In this document: piece after piece, positions 22,325 to 22,400 of the stretch | How positions within the stretch are numbered: the first letter of the stretch is position 1 | Layout: every line of letters starts with the position of its first letter | NCBI RefSeq assembly: GCF_006345805.1 | Contig: NW_021836959.1 | Coordinates: 1-22,400, forward strand | DNA: 22,400 nucleotides | Origin: Octopus sinensis | Taxonomy: Eukaryota | Reading direction: 5' to 3' | Program-made: the position numbers and the translations under genes | Notes under the pieces: model-generated | What the model saw: only the letters and a program-made list of their open reading frames with translations | Told to the model about the DNA's origin: nothing | Database searches by the model: none

Positions 22325-22400
22325 ATAGGAAATATGAGTTCAAATTCCATGGGCAGCCTTTCACTTTTTCCATCAAAAAGGGTTTTCAAACCAATATTTA
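22325..22400 (+). mobile_element. ATT-tailed SINE fragment at the window edge
   Basis: GAGTTCAAATTCC followed by GCCTTTCACTTTTCCATC. Confidence 0.5.

Overview
AT-rich, repeat-dense animal genomic DNA. The SINE/LINE/MITE families and microsatellite spectrum look octopod-like, which is an inference from repeat recognition. No intact long gene is present, and almost all listed ORFs are microsatellite or repeat artefacts. The main discovery is at 1 to ~2750 on the minus strand: a heavily decayed endogenous viral element (EVE) derived from the L (RNA-dependent RNA polymerase) gene of a Mononegavirales-like negative-strand RNA virus. Its motifs occur in the correct order and at near-correct spacing: GHP, KERELK-like, D-FSRWN, SLK..QMPT and FPDP-like. 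It runs off the left edge and is interrupted by a TTAA-flanked piggyBac-type MITE. The rest of the window holds two probable spliced exons of an unidentified minus-strand gene (5.0-5.5 kb), two head-to-tail SINE stacks, degraded RTE/R4 LINE fragments, a young non-autonomous Helitron, and three retroposon tails in alternating orientation that can form hairpins. SINE orientation also switches near 14 kb. All translations and alignments were done by eye, and no database searches were run.
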